Assembly: GCA_019651595.1 (NCBI GenBank)
Contig: BOYQ01000005.1
Location: forward strand, 13,456 to 77,455
From: Candidatus Poseidoniales archaeon
Lineage (GTDB): Archaea; Thermoplasmatota; Poseidoniia; Poseidoniales; Poseidoniaceae
DNA length: 64,000 bases
Reading direction: 5' to 3'
The notes under the pieces were generated by a model. The model was given only the letters and a program-made list of their open reading frames with translations. It was not told the origin of the DNA and did not search any database. Shown one piece after another: positions 9,712-20,577 of this stretch; positions within the stretch are counted from its first letter, which is position 1; each line of letters opens with the position of its first letter. A program made the position numbers and the translations under genes.

Positions 9712-12700
9712 ATGCAGAGCCATCGACGTCGAACAACCGGCGTGTTCATTGCCCTCCTTTTGGTTAAAGTCCTCTCACCGATGGCCTTTGCTCAACCATC
9801 GGAGGCATCGTCCAGCACCGACACCGAGGCTGCCTTGGCATGGCTGGAGCAATTGAACATCGCACCGTCGGACGCAGCCCAACACGGGTGGGTGAGCCCC
9901 GACCAAACCGCCAGCACGACGCACCTGCTCTATCGCGACGTCGGCCTCATCGCTCCCAGCGATTGGACCGAGGAAACGGGGCAACAGCGGGTGGAAGGGT
10001 TTCACATCCTCGGCCACACCTACCCGGTGCCCAGCGATTGGTTCCTCGACCTTGCAGCCGCCGGCATTGACTGCTATTCCTTCATGCCCCCGGCCAGTTT
10101 CCACTGCGACGTGAGCGCCACCACGCCCGCCGCCTTGGCGCAACTCAACGTCGTGGGCCTGGCCGCCATGGACGTCACCGACAAGGTGCAAACCGACCTC
10201 GTTCGTGGTTTGCTGGGCTTTGAGATGGTGGCTCCGAACCCCTTCGTCAATCAGGAAGGGGCCGTGGTGAACGTCGTCCTTTCTGGCGAAACCTTGCCCG
10301 AAGGGCTCAACCACCGAAGCGGGATTGCTCTCGATTCCCACAGCGGGCGATTCGCCACCATGGCGTTGACCCCGGACAGCCTTGCCTGGCTGGTGCAACA
10401 GGAAGAGATTGAATGGGTGGAACCCCGTCCGTTCTTCGAAATCATGAACTCCGTGGGCATTGAGGTCATGAACGTCGACGACACCTGGAACAGCACCAAC
10501 ATGGCCAACATCGATGCGACCTGGTCGGGTTTGGACGGGAGCGGCGTCATCGTCACCGTGGCTGACACGGGCCTGGATAACGGTGTGAACAACTCCAACA
10601 TGCACCCGGATTTCCGGGACCACATCACCGGCATCCTTTCCTTCCCACCGGCGGCTTCCACCTGCGCCTCGCTCAGTCTGAGCCCGTGCGGAGACGATGC
10701 GGAAGACCATCACGGCCACGGCACCCACGTGGCAGGGTCCGTGCTCGGCGACGGAACCCACAGCAACGGTGCCATCATTGGCGCAGCGCCCGAGGCTCAC
10801 TTGCTGGTGCATTCCATCGCCACCACCCACAACGGCGAGGAGAAACTGCTGGGCATTCCCAACAACCTTGACGACCTGTTCAAACTCGCTTGGGCCAACG
10901 GCAGCCGCGTTCACACGAATTCGTGGGGGTCCGCCGTGGCGGGGCAGTACACCACCTCCTCCATGCAAGCGGATGCGAGTGCGCGAACTCACGACGAAAT
11001 GGTCATCCTCTTCGCCGCTGCCAACGAAGGGGCAGACGCCAATCGAGACGGCGAGATCGACCTTGATTCCATGGGAAGCCCTGCCACCGCCAAGAACGTC
11101 CTGACCGTTGGCGCCAGTGAAAACGACCGAAGCAACATGACGTGGGTGTGGGGAAGCAGCGATTACGGCTCACCCATTTCCACCGACCGCCTGGCCGACA
11201 ACCCCGAAGGCATGGCGGCGTTCTCCTCCCGAGGCCCGACCGACGACGGACGCCTCAAACCGGACTTTTCTGCACCGGGAACGATGATCCTCTCCACGAA
11301 GTCTCGCAGCACCACCTCGGTTGGCTGGCTGGCTCACAACGCCAGCTACACCTACATGGGCGGCACGAGCATGGCAACACCACTGACCGCCGGTGCTTCG
11401 GCGCTGTTGCTGGAGCACCTGATGGAGAACCTCGGCGAGACCAACCCAACCTCGGCGCTGGTCAAAGCCATCTTCACGGCGAGCGCCCACGACATGACCG
11501 GCCAATACTCCTCCAGCACCAACGGCGCCGGTGAGGCGGCCCCCAACAACCACGAGGGCTGGGGTCGCATCAACATGTCTCAAGCCATCAACACCTCGTA
11601 CCTCTACGGGCATTCCGTGGTCACCAACGCCGACTCCGGATGGTCGTTCAACGTCCCCGCCAGCGCCGACGACATCAACATCGCCCTGACGTGGACCGAC
11701 CCCGCCTCCACCCCTTCAGCGTCCACCAACCTCGTCAACGACCTCGACCTGGCGCTCAAGAGTCCTTCGGGCACCTGGACCAACGTCAGCAACAACCTCG
11801 ACAACCTGCGAGGTCTCACGCTCGGCACGCCCGCTCAAGGAACGTGGGAACTTCACGTGGTGGGCACCAGCGTCCCCACCGGACCGCAATTCTTCGCCGT
11901 GGCCATGACCGGTGATTACGCCCTGACCAACCTCACCCAAGACGCTGACCTTGACGGCTACCAAGACGCCGACGATGACTGCAACACGACCGCCGGCACC
12001 TCCACCATTGACCGAACGGGCTGCCCCGACACGGACGGGGACGGGTACTCCAACCCCGACGGGAACTGGACGGTGAACAACGGCGCCGACGCCTTCCCGA
12101 GCGAAACCACCCAGTGGGCCGACCAAGACTACGACGGCTACGGCGATAACGCAGCCGGCGTTCAACCGGACGCTTGCGTTGCCACCGCTGGAAATTCCAC
12201 CGGGGACCGATTCGGATGCACGGACAGCGACGGGGACGGTTACTCCAATCCCGACGGTTCCTGGACCACGGCCAACGGAGCCGATGCGTGCTCGAGCGTT
12301 TCGGGCACCTCGAACCAAGACCGAAACGGATGCGCCGATCAGGACGGGGACGGGTATTCCGACCCCGACGGCTCATGGGGAACCACGAACGGTGCGGATG
12401 CGTTCCCCACCGACGACACGCAGTGGGTCGATTCGGACGGGGACGGCTACGGTGACAACCCGCCACCCGCCACCACCGGCGACGCCTGTCCGAGCACCAA
12501 CGGGGACTCAATGAACGACCGGTTTGGCTGCACGGATTCGGACGGGGACGGGTATTCCGACCCGGACAGTTCGTGGACCGTTGCCAACGGCGCTGACGCT
12601 TTTGCTTCGGATGCGACCCAGTGGTCGGACGCCGACAGCGACGGCTACGGCGACAACGCTTCGGGCAACAGCCCCGACGCATGCCCCACGCAGTTTGGTA

Positions 12701-15294
12701 CGTCCACTGAAATGGGTCGATTGGGCTGTGCGGACACCGACGGCGACGGCTACGCCGACGTTGACGATGCGTTTCCCAGTGAATCCACCCAATGGAACGA
12801 CACCGACGGCGACGGCTACGGCGACGAAGCCTCCGGATTCGAAGGGGATGCGTGCCCCGCCACCAGCGGCACCTCGATGCGAGACCGGTTCGGGTGCACC
12901 GACACGGACAACGACGGCTCCTCCGACGGGGACGCCAACTGGACGACGGCCAACGGGGCCGACATTGCGCCCAACGACAGCACGCAGTGGGCGGACAGCG
13001 ACGGGGACGGCTACGGTGACAACCCGTCCGGCACCAACGGAGACGCCTGTCCTTCGGTAGCAGGCACCTCGACCGCCGACCGGCGTGGTTGCCCCGACAC
13101 CGACGGTGACGGCTACTCGGACCCCGACGGTTCGTGGACCGTGGACAACGGCGCCGACGCCTACCCCAACGACCCCAACCGCTGGGGCGACAGCGACGGG
13201 GACGGCTACGACGACGGTTTGGACGACGATTGCCCGGCGCTTTTCGGCACCTCCGTTCACGACCGAAAGGGATGTCCGGACCAAGACGGTGATGGTTACT
13301 CCGACCCTGACAGCGGTTGGACGACCGCCAACGGCGCCGACGCCTTCATGACCGACTCAACGCAATGGAACGACACCGACGGCGACGGCTACGGCGACAA
13401 CCCGGCAGGTGCTGCACCCGATGCGTGTGTCAACACCTACGGTACGTCCTGGCAGAACGGCACCTACGGCTGTCCTGACGGCGACCAAGACGGGTGGGGA
13501 GACGACCAAGACACGCACCCCGCCGACCCAACCCAGTGGTCCGATGCCGACGGCGATGGCTACGGCGACAACCCCGGAGGTACCCTACCCGATGCCTGTC
13601 CGACGGTTTGGGGCAATTCCACACAGGGTAACCGACTGGGTTGCCTCGACAACGACGGTGACGGTTGGGACAACAGCATCGACGCCCTGCCCGACCTTCC
13701 AACGCAGTGGCTTGACCAAGACGGGGACGGCTACGGCGACAACGCCACCGGGATTCAACCCGACGCGTGTCCCGGCGAGGCTGGCACCTCAAGCATCGGC
13801 TTGTACGGTTGCGTTGACGATGACGGCGACGGCCACGCCAACCTGACGGATGATTTCCCCCTCGACCCCACCCGGTGGATCGACAGCGATGGCGACGGCT
13901 ACGACGATGCTGAGGATGCGTGCCCCTTCATCAACGGCAACTCCACTCAAGACCGGGTGGGATGCTTGGACACCGACGCTGATGGATTTTCAAACCCCAC
14001 GCCACCGGTTGGCAACAACAGCGGTTGGAACACCTCCAACGGCGCCGACGCCTTCCCCGACGAACCCACGCAGGCCGTGGACGGGGACGGGGACGGCTAC
14101 GGCGACAACCCCAGCGGCGTTGAAGCCGATGCCTGCCCGACCCAAGCCGGCTCCTCCAACGTCGACCGATTCGGCTGTGTGGACGAAGACGGTGACGGCA
14201 CCTCCGATGCCAGCGATGCGTTCCTCGGAAACCCGACCCAATGGATCGACACCGACGGCGACGGCTACGGCGACAACCCCAACGGCACCCAGGCCGATGC
14301 CTGCGTGGCGACGGTTGGAACGTCCACCGTGGACGTGTACGGCTGCACGGACGGCGACGGGGACGGTGCCAGCGATGCCAACGACCTCTGGCCCAACGAC
14401 GCCACGCAGTGGTTTGACAGCGACGGGGACGGCTACGGCGACGAGACCCAAGGGACGGACGGCGATGCCTGTCCAAACGATTTCGGCCCCTCAACCGCCA
14501 GCAACACCTTCGGGTGCCCCGACGGCGATGGCGACGGGTGGGCGGACCAGCAGGACGCGTTCCCCGACCAGCGGAGCCAACAAATGGACAGCGACGGGGA
14601 CGGCTACGGCGACAACGCCACGCTCGGCGCGTTCAAGCCCGACCACTGGCCCAACGATGCCTCTCGCAGTTCAGCCTCAGCCAGCATGACGTGCACGCCG
14701 GTTTCCATCGAGGTGGACCTGGCAGCGAGCGGGTGGTTCACCTTCACCTGCTCGGTCTCCACGTCCATGAGTTCCGCCTTTGCGGCCACCGTTTCGTGGC
14801 AGGCGACCTCGAGCATCGTGGGGGAATCCTCCGAACACTTCCTGACCTTTACAGCGGCGAGCGGAAACACCCAAGCCGTCACCTTCTCCGGCACCGCTGA
14901 AACCGTGGGTCAGCATCAACTGCTGCTTTCGGCGGCGGAACCGGGTGCTGAGAACCCAATGGACACGGTCGTGGTCGTGGTGGTGGCGACGGATTCCAAT
15001 GCGCCGATCGAAGTGGCCGATGAAACGGAGGGTTCGGTGCTTGAGACCATCACGGAAAGCACCGTGTTGCAGGCTGCCCTTGCCGGCTTGGTGCTCTTCG
15101 TGTTGATGGGGACGTTGATGATTCGTGGCCAAAGCCGACGAGCAAGGGACCAGGAACGCCGCATGATGCGAGCAGCAGAACTTCGACAAACTCGGGGTTT
15201 GGCCGACCTGCCGAACCGTGAAATGACTCAACCACGACCCGCCGAACGTCAGGTGCGAGGCGGGTCGATGTTCGATGATTTCCGTCGCCGGTGA
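9712..15294 (+). CDS. Secreted S8 (subtilisin-like) serine protease with a long thrombospondin type-3-like Ca-binding repeat region and C-terminal TM
   Basis: Catalytic triad motifs VADTG, HGTHVAG and GTSMATP; NDLDL beta-domain; dozens of DxDGDGxxD repeats; TM near the C-terminus. Confidence 0.93.
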   Translation: MQSHRRRTTGVFIALLLVKVLSPMAFAQPSEASSSTDTEAALAWLEQLNIAPSDAAQHGWVSPDQTASTTHLLYRDVGLIAPSDWTEETGQQRVEGFHILGHTYPVPSDWFLDLAAAGIDCYSFMPPASFHCDVSATTPAALAQLNVVGLAAMDVTDKVQTDLVRGLLGFEMVAPNPFVNQEGAVVNVVLSGETLPEGLNHRSGIALDSHSGRFATMALTPDSLAWLVQQEEIEWVEPRPFFEIMNSVGIEVMNVDDTWNSTNMANIDATWSGLDGSGVIVTVADTGLDNGVNNSNMHPDFRDHITGILSFPPAASTCASLSLSPCGDDAEDHHGHGTHVAGSVLGDGTHSNGAIIGAAPEAHLLVHSIATTHNGEEKLLGIPNNLDDLFKLAWANGSRVHTNSWGSAVAGQYTTSSMQADASARTHDEMVILFAAANEGADANRDGEIDLDSMGSPATAKNVLTVGASENDRSNMTWVWGSSDYGSPISTDRLADNPEGMAAFSSRGPTDDGRLKPDFSAPGTMILSTKSRSTTSVGWLAHNASYTYMGGTSMATPLTAGASALLLEHLMENLGETNPTSALVKAIFTASAHDMTGQYSSSTNGAGEAAPNNHEGWGRINMSQAINTSYLYGHSVVTNADSGWSFNVPASADDINIALTWTDPASTPSASTNLVNDLDLALKSPSGTWTNVSNNLDNLRGLTLGTPAQGTWELHVVGTSVPTGPQFFAVAMTGDYALTNLTQDADLDGYQDADDDCNTTAGTSTIDRTGCPDTDGDGYSNPDGNWTVNNGADAFPSETTQWADQDYDGYGDNAAGVQPDACVATAGNSTGDRFGCTDSDGDGYSNPDGSWTTANGADACSSVSGTSNQDRNGCADQDGDGYSDPDGSWGTTNGADAFPTDDTQWVDSDGDGYGDNPPPATTGDACPSTNGDSMNDRFGCTDSDGDGYSDPDSSWTVANGADAFASDATQWSDADSDGYGDNASGNSPDACPTQFGTSTEMGRLGCADTDGDGYADVDDAFPSESTQWNDTDGDGYGDEASGFEGDACPATSGTSMRDRFGCTDTDNDGSSDGDANWTTANGADIAPNDSTQWADSDGDGYGDNPSGTNGDACPSVAGTSTADRRGCPDTDGDGYSDPDGSWTVDNGADAYPNDPNRWGDSDGDGYDDGLDDDCPALFGTSVHDRKGCPDQDGDGYSDPDSGWTTANGADAFMTDSTQWNDTDGDGYGDNPAGAAPDACVNTYGTSWQNGTYGCPDGDQDGWGDDQDTHPADPTQWSDADGDGYGDNPGGTLPDACPTVWGNSTQGNRLGCLDNDGDGWDNSIDALPDLPTQWLDQDGDGYGDNATGIQPDACPGEAGTSSIGLYGCVDDDGDGHANLTDDFPLDPTRWIDSDGDGYDDAEDACPFINGNSTQDRVGCLDTDADGFSNPTPPVGNNSGWNTSNGADAFPDEPTQAVDGDGDGYGDNPSGVEADACPTQAGSSNVDRFGCVDEDGDGTSDASDAFLGNPTQWIDTDGDGYGDNPNGTQADACVATVGTSTVDVYGCTDGDGDGASDANDLWPNDATQWFDSDGDGYGDETQGTDGDACPNDFGPSTASNTFGCPDGDGDGWADQQDAFPDQRSQQMDSDGDGYGDNATLGAFKPDHWPNDASRSSASASMTCTPVSIEVDLAASGWFTFTCSVSTSMSSAFAATVSWQATSSIVGESSEHFLTFTAASGNTQAVTFSGTAETVGQHQLLLSAAEPGAENPMDTVVVVVVATDSNAPIEVADETEGSVLETITESTVLQAALAGLVLFVLMGTLMIRGQSRRARDQERRMMRAAELRQTRGLADLPNREMTQPRPAERQVRGGSMFDDFRRR
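11935..14660 (+). repeat. Intragenic tandem coding repeats (DxDGDG/TSP3-like)
   Basis: Recurring gacggcgacggctacggcgacaac-type units encoding QWxDxDGDGYGDN...DAC...DRxGCxDxDGDG. Confidence 0.9.
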
Positions 15295-15357
15295 TGGCGC
15301 ACCTCGGCGAACCGATTCCCTCAAAGGGGAGAGGCTTGTCGCCCGGTCTGCCACACT

Positions 15358-15432
15358 GCGGATATGGTGAAGTGGTTATCATCTGAGGTTTCCAACCTTA
15401 TGTCGTGGGTTCGACTCCCGCTATCCGCACCA
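15358..15432 (+). tRNA. tRNA-Gly(TCC) with encoded CCA, no intron
   Basis: Acceptor stem GCGGATA/TATCCGC; anticodon arm TGAGG-TT-TCC-AA-CCTTA; T arm GTGGG-TTCGACT-CCCGC; ends ACCA. Confidence 0.95.
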
Positions 15433-15527
15433 TCGTTTTCGTCATCACTTCCGCCCGTGACCGCCGAGAACCTCGCAAGCATCAAAGGCTCAACGACCGA
15501 GGCAACGGACAGGAACTGCGTGGTACC

Positions 15528-16182
15528 ATGGATTTTCTCTCCCTTTGCTTGTTGACCTTGTGGTTGTACCTCCCCGGATTTCTTGCGAACACGTTCGCCA
15601 TGATGTGGGGCAAATGGTTGCCCAAAACCGGCTACGGCCCCTGGCCCATCGACGGTGGCCGAGTGATGGCGGACGGCCATCGAATGCTGGGCGATGGGAA
15701 AACGTGGAACGGTCTCATCGGCGGGTCCCTGACCTCCGGGCTGCTGTGCATGTTGCTGGCTTCGACCGTCGCCACGGGGGACGCAGCCACGGTCTTTGAC
15801 GACGGAGCCACCGTGTTCGCGGCATCCGCTCATCGGCGCTGAAGACGCATGGTTCTACATCGGTGGCGCCAACGGTGCAGCCTTTGTTTTGGGAACCTTC
15901 CTCGGGTTTGCATGCTTGGTGGGCGACAGCACGGGTTCGTTCTTCAAGCGCCGACGCGGCCTCAAGCGAGAGGGTGACATTTCTTCGAAAGCCCCGCTGT
16001 TGGACACGTTGCCGTTTGCAATCATGGTTTTTCTTTGGGGTCAGTTGTTCCTCGGGCCGTCGGTCTTGGCGTCAGAAGAATTGCGTCTGCCCATGCTGGC
16101 GCTGATCATCATCACCCCGGTGCTCCACCGCTCCTTCAACCTCATCGGCTACAAAATCGGGTGGAAAGATGTCCCGTATTGA
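15528..16182 (+). CDS. carS: CDP-archaeol synthase (frameshifted)
   Basis: YLPGFLANT, PIDGG..DG.RMLGDGKTWNG, then in the next frame GDSTGSFFKRRRG and PLLD; these are CarS motifs. Frame change near 15820. Confidence 0.9.
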
Positions 16183-17656
16183 GGACGAGGTGCTGGACAA
16201 AGCCAAGCCCTATCAAGAGCGGGCTCAAGGCCTGACCGTGTTCGGCGGCTCTGAAGCAACGCTGAAGGCGTTCCTGCTCGTTTCCTTGATGCTCATCGCC
16301 CCGCTCTCAGGATGTTTCGGGGAAACCGAGGAGACCGAAACGGTTGATCTTGAGGTGGCGTTAACCATCGACGGCACGGCCCCGTCGGAAGCCGTGTTTC
16401 GGGCCGGTGAATGGCACGATGTGTTGCTCATCGGCGAAAATCTCCGAATTTCTGCACCCGCCCACGACGTGCTGTTGTTCGTGGACGGCGTCATCGACAT
16501 CGACAGTTCCGTCCCGGTTGAGGGTGACCGTGTCAGCGTCCAGTTGCTGACCACGCCCTACACCGAGCACGTCGAACTGGTGGTCTACGCCACTGACGGT
16601 ACCAAAGCCGTCTTCAACCAAAGCATCACCAACGGCACGCCCATCATCACCGGTGAAGCGTGGTACGAGAAGATGGACTACATCACGTGCGACACGCCCT
16701 CCGATGACTGCGGGTCCTACAATTTCCGCTGGATGGGCAGCCCCAACGCACAGTTCGAGCGGGCTGCTTCGTACTTTCAGGGTCATTTCGAGGGGTTGGG
16801 CTACGACACGCACCTCATGCGTGTGGTTGACACCCTCAATCCAACCCAACCCGAGTCCCTCAACGTCATCGCCTGGAAAGAGGGGCGCAGCGACGATTGT
16901 GTTCAGGGGATGGGCGCCCACATGGACATCGCACCACCCGCCGGTCCACCCGGAGGGGGAACCTGGGAAGGCGCTTACGACAACACGGCAGGCACCGTGG
17001 CCATCATGATGTACGCACAAGTTCTGGTCGACCTTGAGGTTGAATGCGACACCTTCCTCGCCCTGTGGTCCTCTGAGGAAGAAGGGCTGCGCGGCTCAAA
17101 CGCGTTTGCCAACAACGACTGCGAGGCTTGTTTGCCCCAAGACAAGGAACTTCGATTTTACATCAACATGGACATGATGGGCATTTCCTGGCCCGCCGTC
17201 AAGGAGAACGGCGATCCTTTTCCCTACCACGCTTGGTCTGGCCCGGACGTTGACCCCGAGGTTCAGGACGTCGCCATCACGAGTGTGCTGGACCACGTGC
17301 ACCGCAACATCCTGAAGGCGCCCATGGACCTTCGCATTGATGGAAGTTATGGCGCCGGCTGCGACCAGCATTGGGACGACCACTACAACCTCGTGATGGA
17401 CGTCCACGAGGACACTTTTGGCCGCTCCGACCACGTGACCTTCCGCAACCTCGGGGCTCAGACCATCTTCCACCTCGGCGCCTACGACGAAGACTACTCC
17501 GCCTACCACTCACCGCAAGACACGCTCGAAAACATGGTGGCCGTGGTCGGCGGTCAGGAAAACCTCGAGGAGAGCATCGAGTTCGTGTTGTGGGCGGCCT
17601 TCTTGGAGTTCGTCTTGGCCGACCAAGACCCCGAAATCCGCAACGTCAACGCCTGA
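16169..17656 (+). CDS. M28 family metallopeptidase, putative lipoprotein (start uncertain)
   Basis: LSGC lipobox-like motif; Zn-ligand motifs GAHMD, GAYDN.AG, SEEEGLRGS, NMDM, SDH and YH. Confidence 0.9.
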   Translation: MSRIEDEVLDKAKPYQERAQGLTVFGGSEATLKAFLLVSLMLIAPLSGCFGETEETETVDLEVALTIDGTAPSEAVFRAGEWHDVLLIGENLRISAPAHDVLLFVDGVIDIDSSVPVEGDRVSVQLLTTPYTEHVELVVYATDGTKAVFNQSITNGTPIITGEAWYEKMDYITCDTPSDDCGSYNFRWMGSPNAQFERAASYFQGHFEGLGYDTHLMRVVDTLNPTQPESLNVIAWKEGRSDDCVQGMGAHMDIAPPAGPPGGGTWEGAYDNTAGTVAIMMYAQVLVDLEVECDTFLALWSSEEEGLRGSNAFANNDCEACLPQDKELRFYINMDMMGISWPAVKENGDPFPYHAWSGPDVDPEVQDVAITSVLDHVHRNILKAPMDLRIDGSYGAGCDQHWDDHYNLVMDVHEDTFGRSDHVTFRNLGAQTIFHLGAYDEDYSAYHSPQDTLENMVAVVGGQENLEESIEFVLWAAFLEFVLADQDPEIRNVNA

Positions 17657-17701
17657 GGGATTGAACGAAACTTCTTGTAGAAAACCACATGGATTTCTAT
17701 C

Positions 17702-19341
17702 ATGGTTGAAGCCATGACGTCCAGCGACGATGGCCTTCCAAACGGCCAACATCGCTACGTGGCCGTTGCGGCCGTGTCGGTCGGGTTTCTCCTCGCCTTC
17801 GCCGAGATGATCATCCGCCTGCTGGCAGGAAAAGACGTCGTTGACGCCGTGTGGCCGCACGCCTTGCGATCGCTCGACTGGACCATGACACTGCGTGAGT
17901 CCGCCGGCCTAACCGTCGCCTTGTTCGTCCTCATCGGCTTGGGCGGCTTCGGGTTGCGAAAAGCGATTTCATCCGCCGACAACCCGCCGTGGAAGCCGCT
18001 GGTTCAAGCCGGCCTCGGTTTGTTGATGGGGCTGATCGCCCTTCATTTTCTGTTGGACGTGTTCTACCTGCGTGGGGCCTTTCTCCTCCTGCCGACCCTG
18101 ATGGGTTGGGCCCTTGCCTGCCTCCTCATTGCGCTTGGAGGGGCACCCTCGCTTCGCGCTGCGGGTCAGGACAGGGTCGCTACCACTCGACTGCTTCACA
18201 TGACGGGCGTGTTTTTCGCAGCGTGGTTGGTGATGCCGGGAGTTCCAGCCGTCATGGGCTTTGCGCCCTCGCCACCGGACGCTCCAGCCATGGGCTACGG
18301 TTCGAACCCCGGCCCGTACACGGTGCAACAATACCGGTCGCCCTACACGCTTCCCGACGAGGTCATCGCCGTTCAGGGCGAACTGGAGAACGACGTGGAG
18401 TGGAGCGTGTACGTCACCCTGCCCGATCTCCCCGAAGATTCACCCGTCACCCATCTGCCCCTGGCCGTTCTCCTGCACGGTTTCAGTTATCCTGACATCG
18501 ATGCCTATCAGGGCTGGATCACCCACTTGACAGCGAAAGGCATGGCGGTAGCGTTCATCCAATACCCCTCCGACCTGCGACCCCAAGGGTTTGAAGACCA
18601 CACAGCCACGTACGCCGACGGCATGTCGGACTACCTCCAACACACCTACCGAGACCTTGCCATACGGGCGGCTCTCGACCACCTCGACCGCTGCTGATGG
18701 GGCCAGATCGTCACCCGAACTCGACGCCCACCTCGGGGCGGTCACGGTCGACCCAACCACGCTGTGGGCGGGGTGGGCACAGCCTTGGAGCAGCCTACAC
18801 CTTCCTGACCCTGAACGCAGCCTTTGAGCGCGGGTGGGGTTCCCGCGCCCTTGTCGTTGCCCTCGAAGCCCCTGCCAGCCGACCCATGCAGCCCAACCTC
18901 CAGCCCAACCTCACGGGCATGCCTGAGGAGACGCTCATCCAAATCGGCATTCCACAGGATGACATGAGCGTGGGTCGCTGCCCGGGAGGCTTTCACCAAC
19001 AGGTGTTTTCTGCCCTCCCCGAAGAACGAAACCAGGTGATTGAAATTCAATCCGACCATTACGGCTTTCCACGGCTGGTCGCCAGCCACTACCTCCAAAC
19101 CGACCCCGTCCGGGACCGACTCGCCGATTGGAGTTTTTACCGAAGGATTGACGCCCAGGCGGACTACCTCGTCGCTCACGGTCGCAACGACACGTTCACC
19201 GCCGATTGGGCGTTCCAATACATGACGGACGAAACCATGCTGACAGGGATGGGGAAATGGTCGGACGGCACCCCGGTCTTGCCGTTGCTTTGGCATCGGA
19301 ACGCCATCGATGAGGTCGCCAGTTTCGCAAGCTGCACCTGA
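17702..19341 (+). CDS. Membrane-anchored alpha/beta hydrolase (frameshifted)
   Basis: About five N-terminal TM helices; LLHGF oxyanion motif; GHSLG nucleophile elbow in the continuing ORF 18697-19341; candidate catalytic D (QDD) and H (ASH). Confidence 0.8.
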
Positions 19342-19379
19342 GAACACAACTTGAAATGCAGAACAACGGAGGTGCTAAC

Positions 19380-19805
19380 ATGGCCGAAGGGACCGTTTCC
19401 AGCGATGTCAAATCGCTTTGGAAGTGGATCGGCGGGTCCGCCTTCTTGGCCTCAATGTGCTGTTTCCCAAGCGTCGTCCTGGTCATGTTCGGTTTGGCCA
19501 GCATCTCCAGCGCTGCAGCCCTTTCCAACGATTTGTACTGGGGCACAAACGGCATGGGTTGGTTCAGGCCAATGTTGCTGGTGTTGAGCACGCTGCTCGT
19601 GTTGATTGGGCTGGTCATGTATTTCCGCAAGGAGGGCATCTGCAGCCTCGATGAAGCCCGACGTCAGCGAAAACGAATCCTGAACACCTCCCTGTTGGTG
19701 CTTTCGCTGTCCCTTGTGTCCTACATCGTTTTCAATTTCGTGATTTTGACCGAAATTGGCGTGGCGTTGGACCTGCCGTGGGAAAGCAGCCGTCTTTGGA
19801 ACTGA
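19380..19805 (+). CDS. Small 3-TM membrane protein with vicinal cysteines (MerT-like)
   Basis: ASMCCFP in TM1, a further Cys after TM2, three hydrophobic helices. Confidence 0.6.
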   Translation: MAEGTVSSDVKSLWKWIGGSAFLASMCCFPSVVLVMFGLASISSAAALSNDLYWGTNGMGWFRPMLLVLSTLLVLIGLVMYFRKEGICSLDEARRQRKRILNTSLLVLSLSLVSYIVFNFVILTEIGVALDLPWESSRLWN

Positions 19806-20567
19806 TCACGAACCACTGCGTGTGGTTTTGCACCCCACACCCCAGTCCGGATCGGCTTCCATGGCTGAACGGGTGGCCTCCAACAGCACCTCCTCCGGCG
19901 TGAGAACCGGCACGTCAGCAGGCCGCGTGGCCAGGGAGCAATGGTAGCCGTTTTCGTGCCAATAATTCAATTGAATTTTTGAATTTTCAATTGAAATAGT
20001 TGCTGATTCTTTCCCAATTGGAATTTGGATGTTTCTCGGATTGAGGTGCATGCCATGACCGAGGCATTTCTGGACGGCTTCCTTGCCGGTCCATGCCTGA
20101 AAGACATGCTGAGGTGTGCTTCGCAAGGCGTCCAGTTCTGCACCTTTCGCCATCATGTCGTAGGCGTTCTCTGCCAGTTGTCGACCGAGCGGTTCGGCGT
20201 CAAAGCCCACGGCCCGGTCCGATTCCACCAGGGCAACGAACGCCATCCCGTCACTGTGAGCGATGGAGATGTTGGGCAGCGGCGTCCGCTTCCACACACC
20301 TTGGATGTAGGCGAGGGAAGGCGCCCTGCGATCGTTTCTGACCACCTCCACGACGGTGAGGTCGCCAACGCCCCAAGCCCTGAGACCCTGCCCCAGCAGC
20401 CACCGTCCCGTCAAGTGTTCATCACGCCGCTTTTGGGTGACAAAACGCTCAACCTCTGACGCTTGTGCGAGCGGAACCTCCTCCATGTTCCAGGCCCGAA
20501 CCTCAGAGGCGAGCAGTTGAACCCCTGAGGCTCGGGGAGGCGTCAGGCGAACCACCGGCGGGAGCAT
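19806..20567 (-). CDS. 4'-phosphopantetheinyl transferase (Sfp-type)
   Basis: NISIAHS, VGFDAE and WTGKEAVQKCLG motifs; lies immediately downstream of the PKS. Confidence 0.9.
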   Translation of the reverse strand: MLPPVVRLTPPRASGVQLLASEVRAWNMEEVPLAQASEVERFVTQKRRDEHLTGRWLLGQGLRAWGVGDLTVVEVVRNDRRAPSLAYIQGVWKRTPLPNISIAHSDGMAFVALVESDRAVGFDAEPLGRQLAENAYDMMAKGAELDALRSTPQHVFQAWTGKEAVQKCLGHGMHLNPRNIQIPIGKESATISIENSKIQLNYWHENGYHCSLATRPADVPVLTPEEVLLEATRSAMEADPDWGVGCKTTRSGS

Positions 20568-20577
20568 TCGAGGAACC

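Noticed and set aside
11935-14660. Dense DNA repeats as a possible CRISPR array or DGR
   Set aside because: The repeats are degenerate, in frame and encode DxDGDG motifs; there are no unique spacers, cas genes or reverse transcriptase.
19380-19805. Mercury resistance operon
   Set aside because: Only a lone MerT-like CC-motif protein; no merA, merR or merP.
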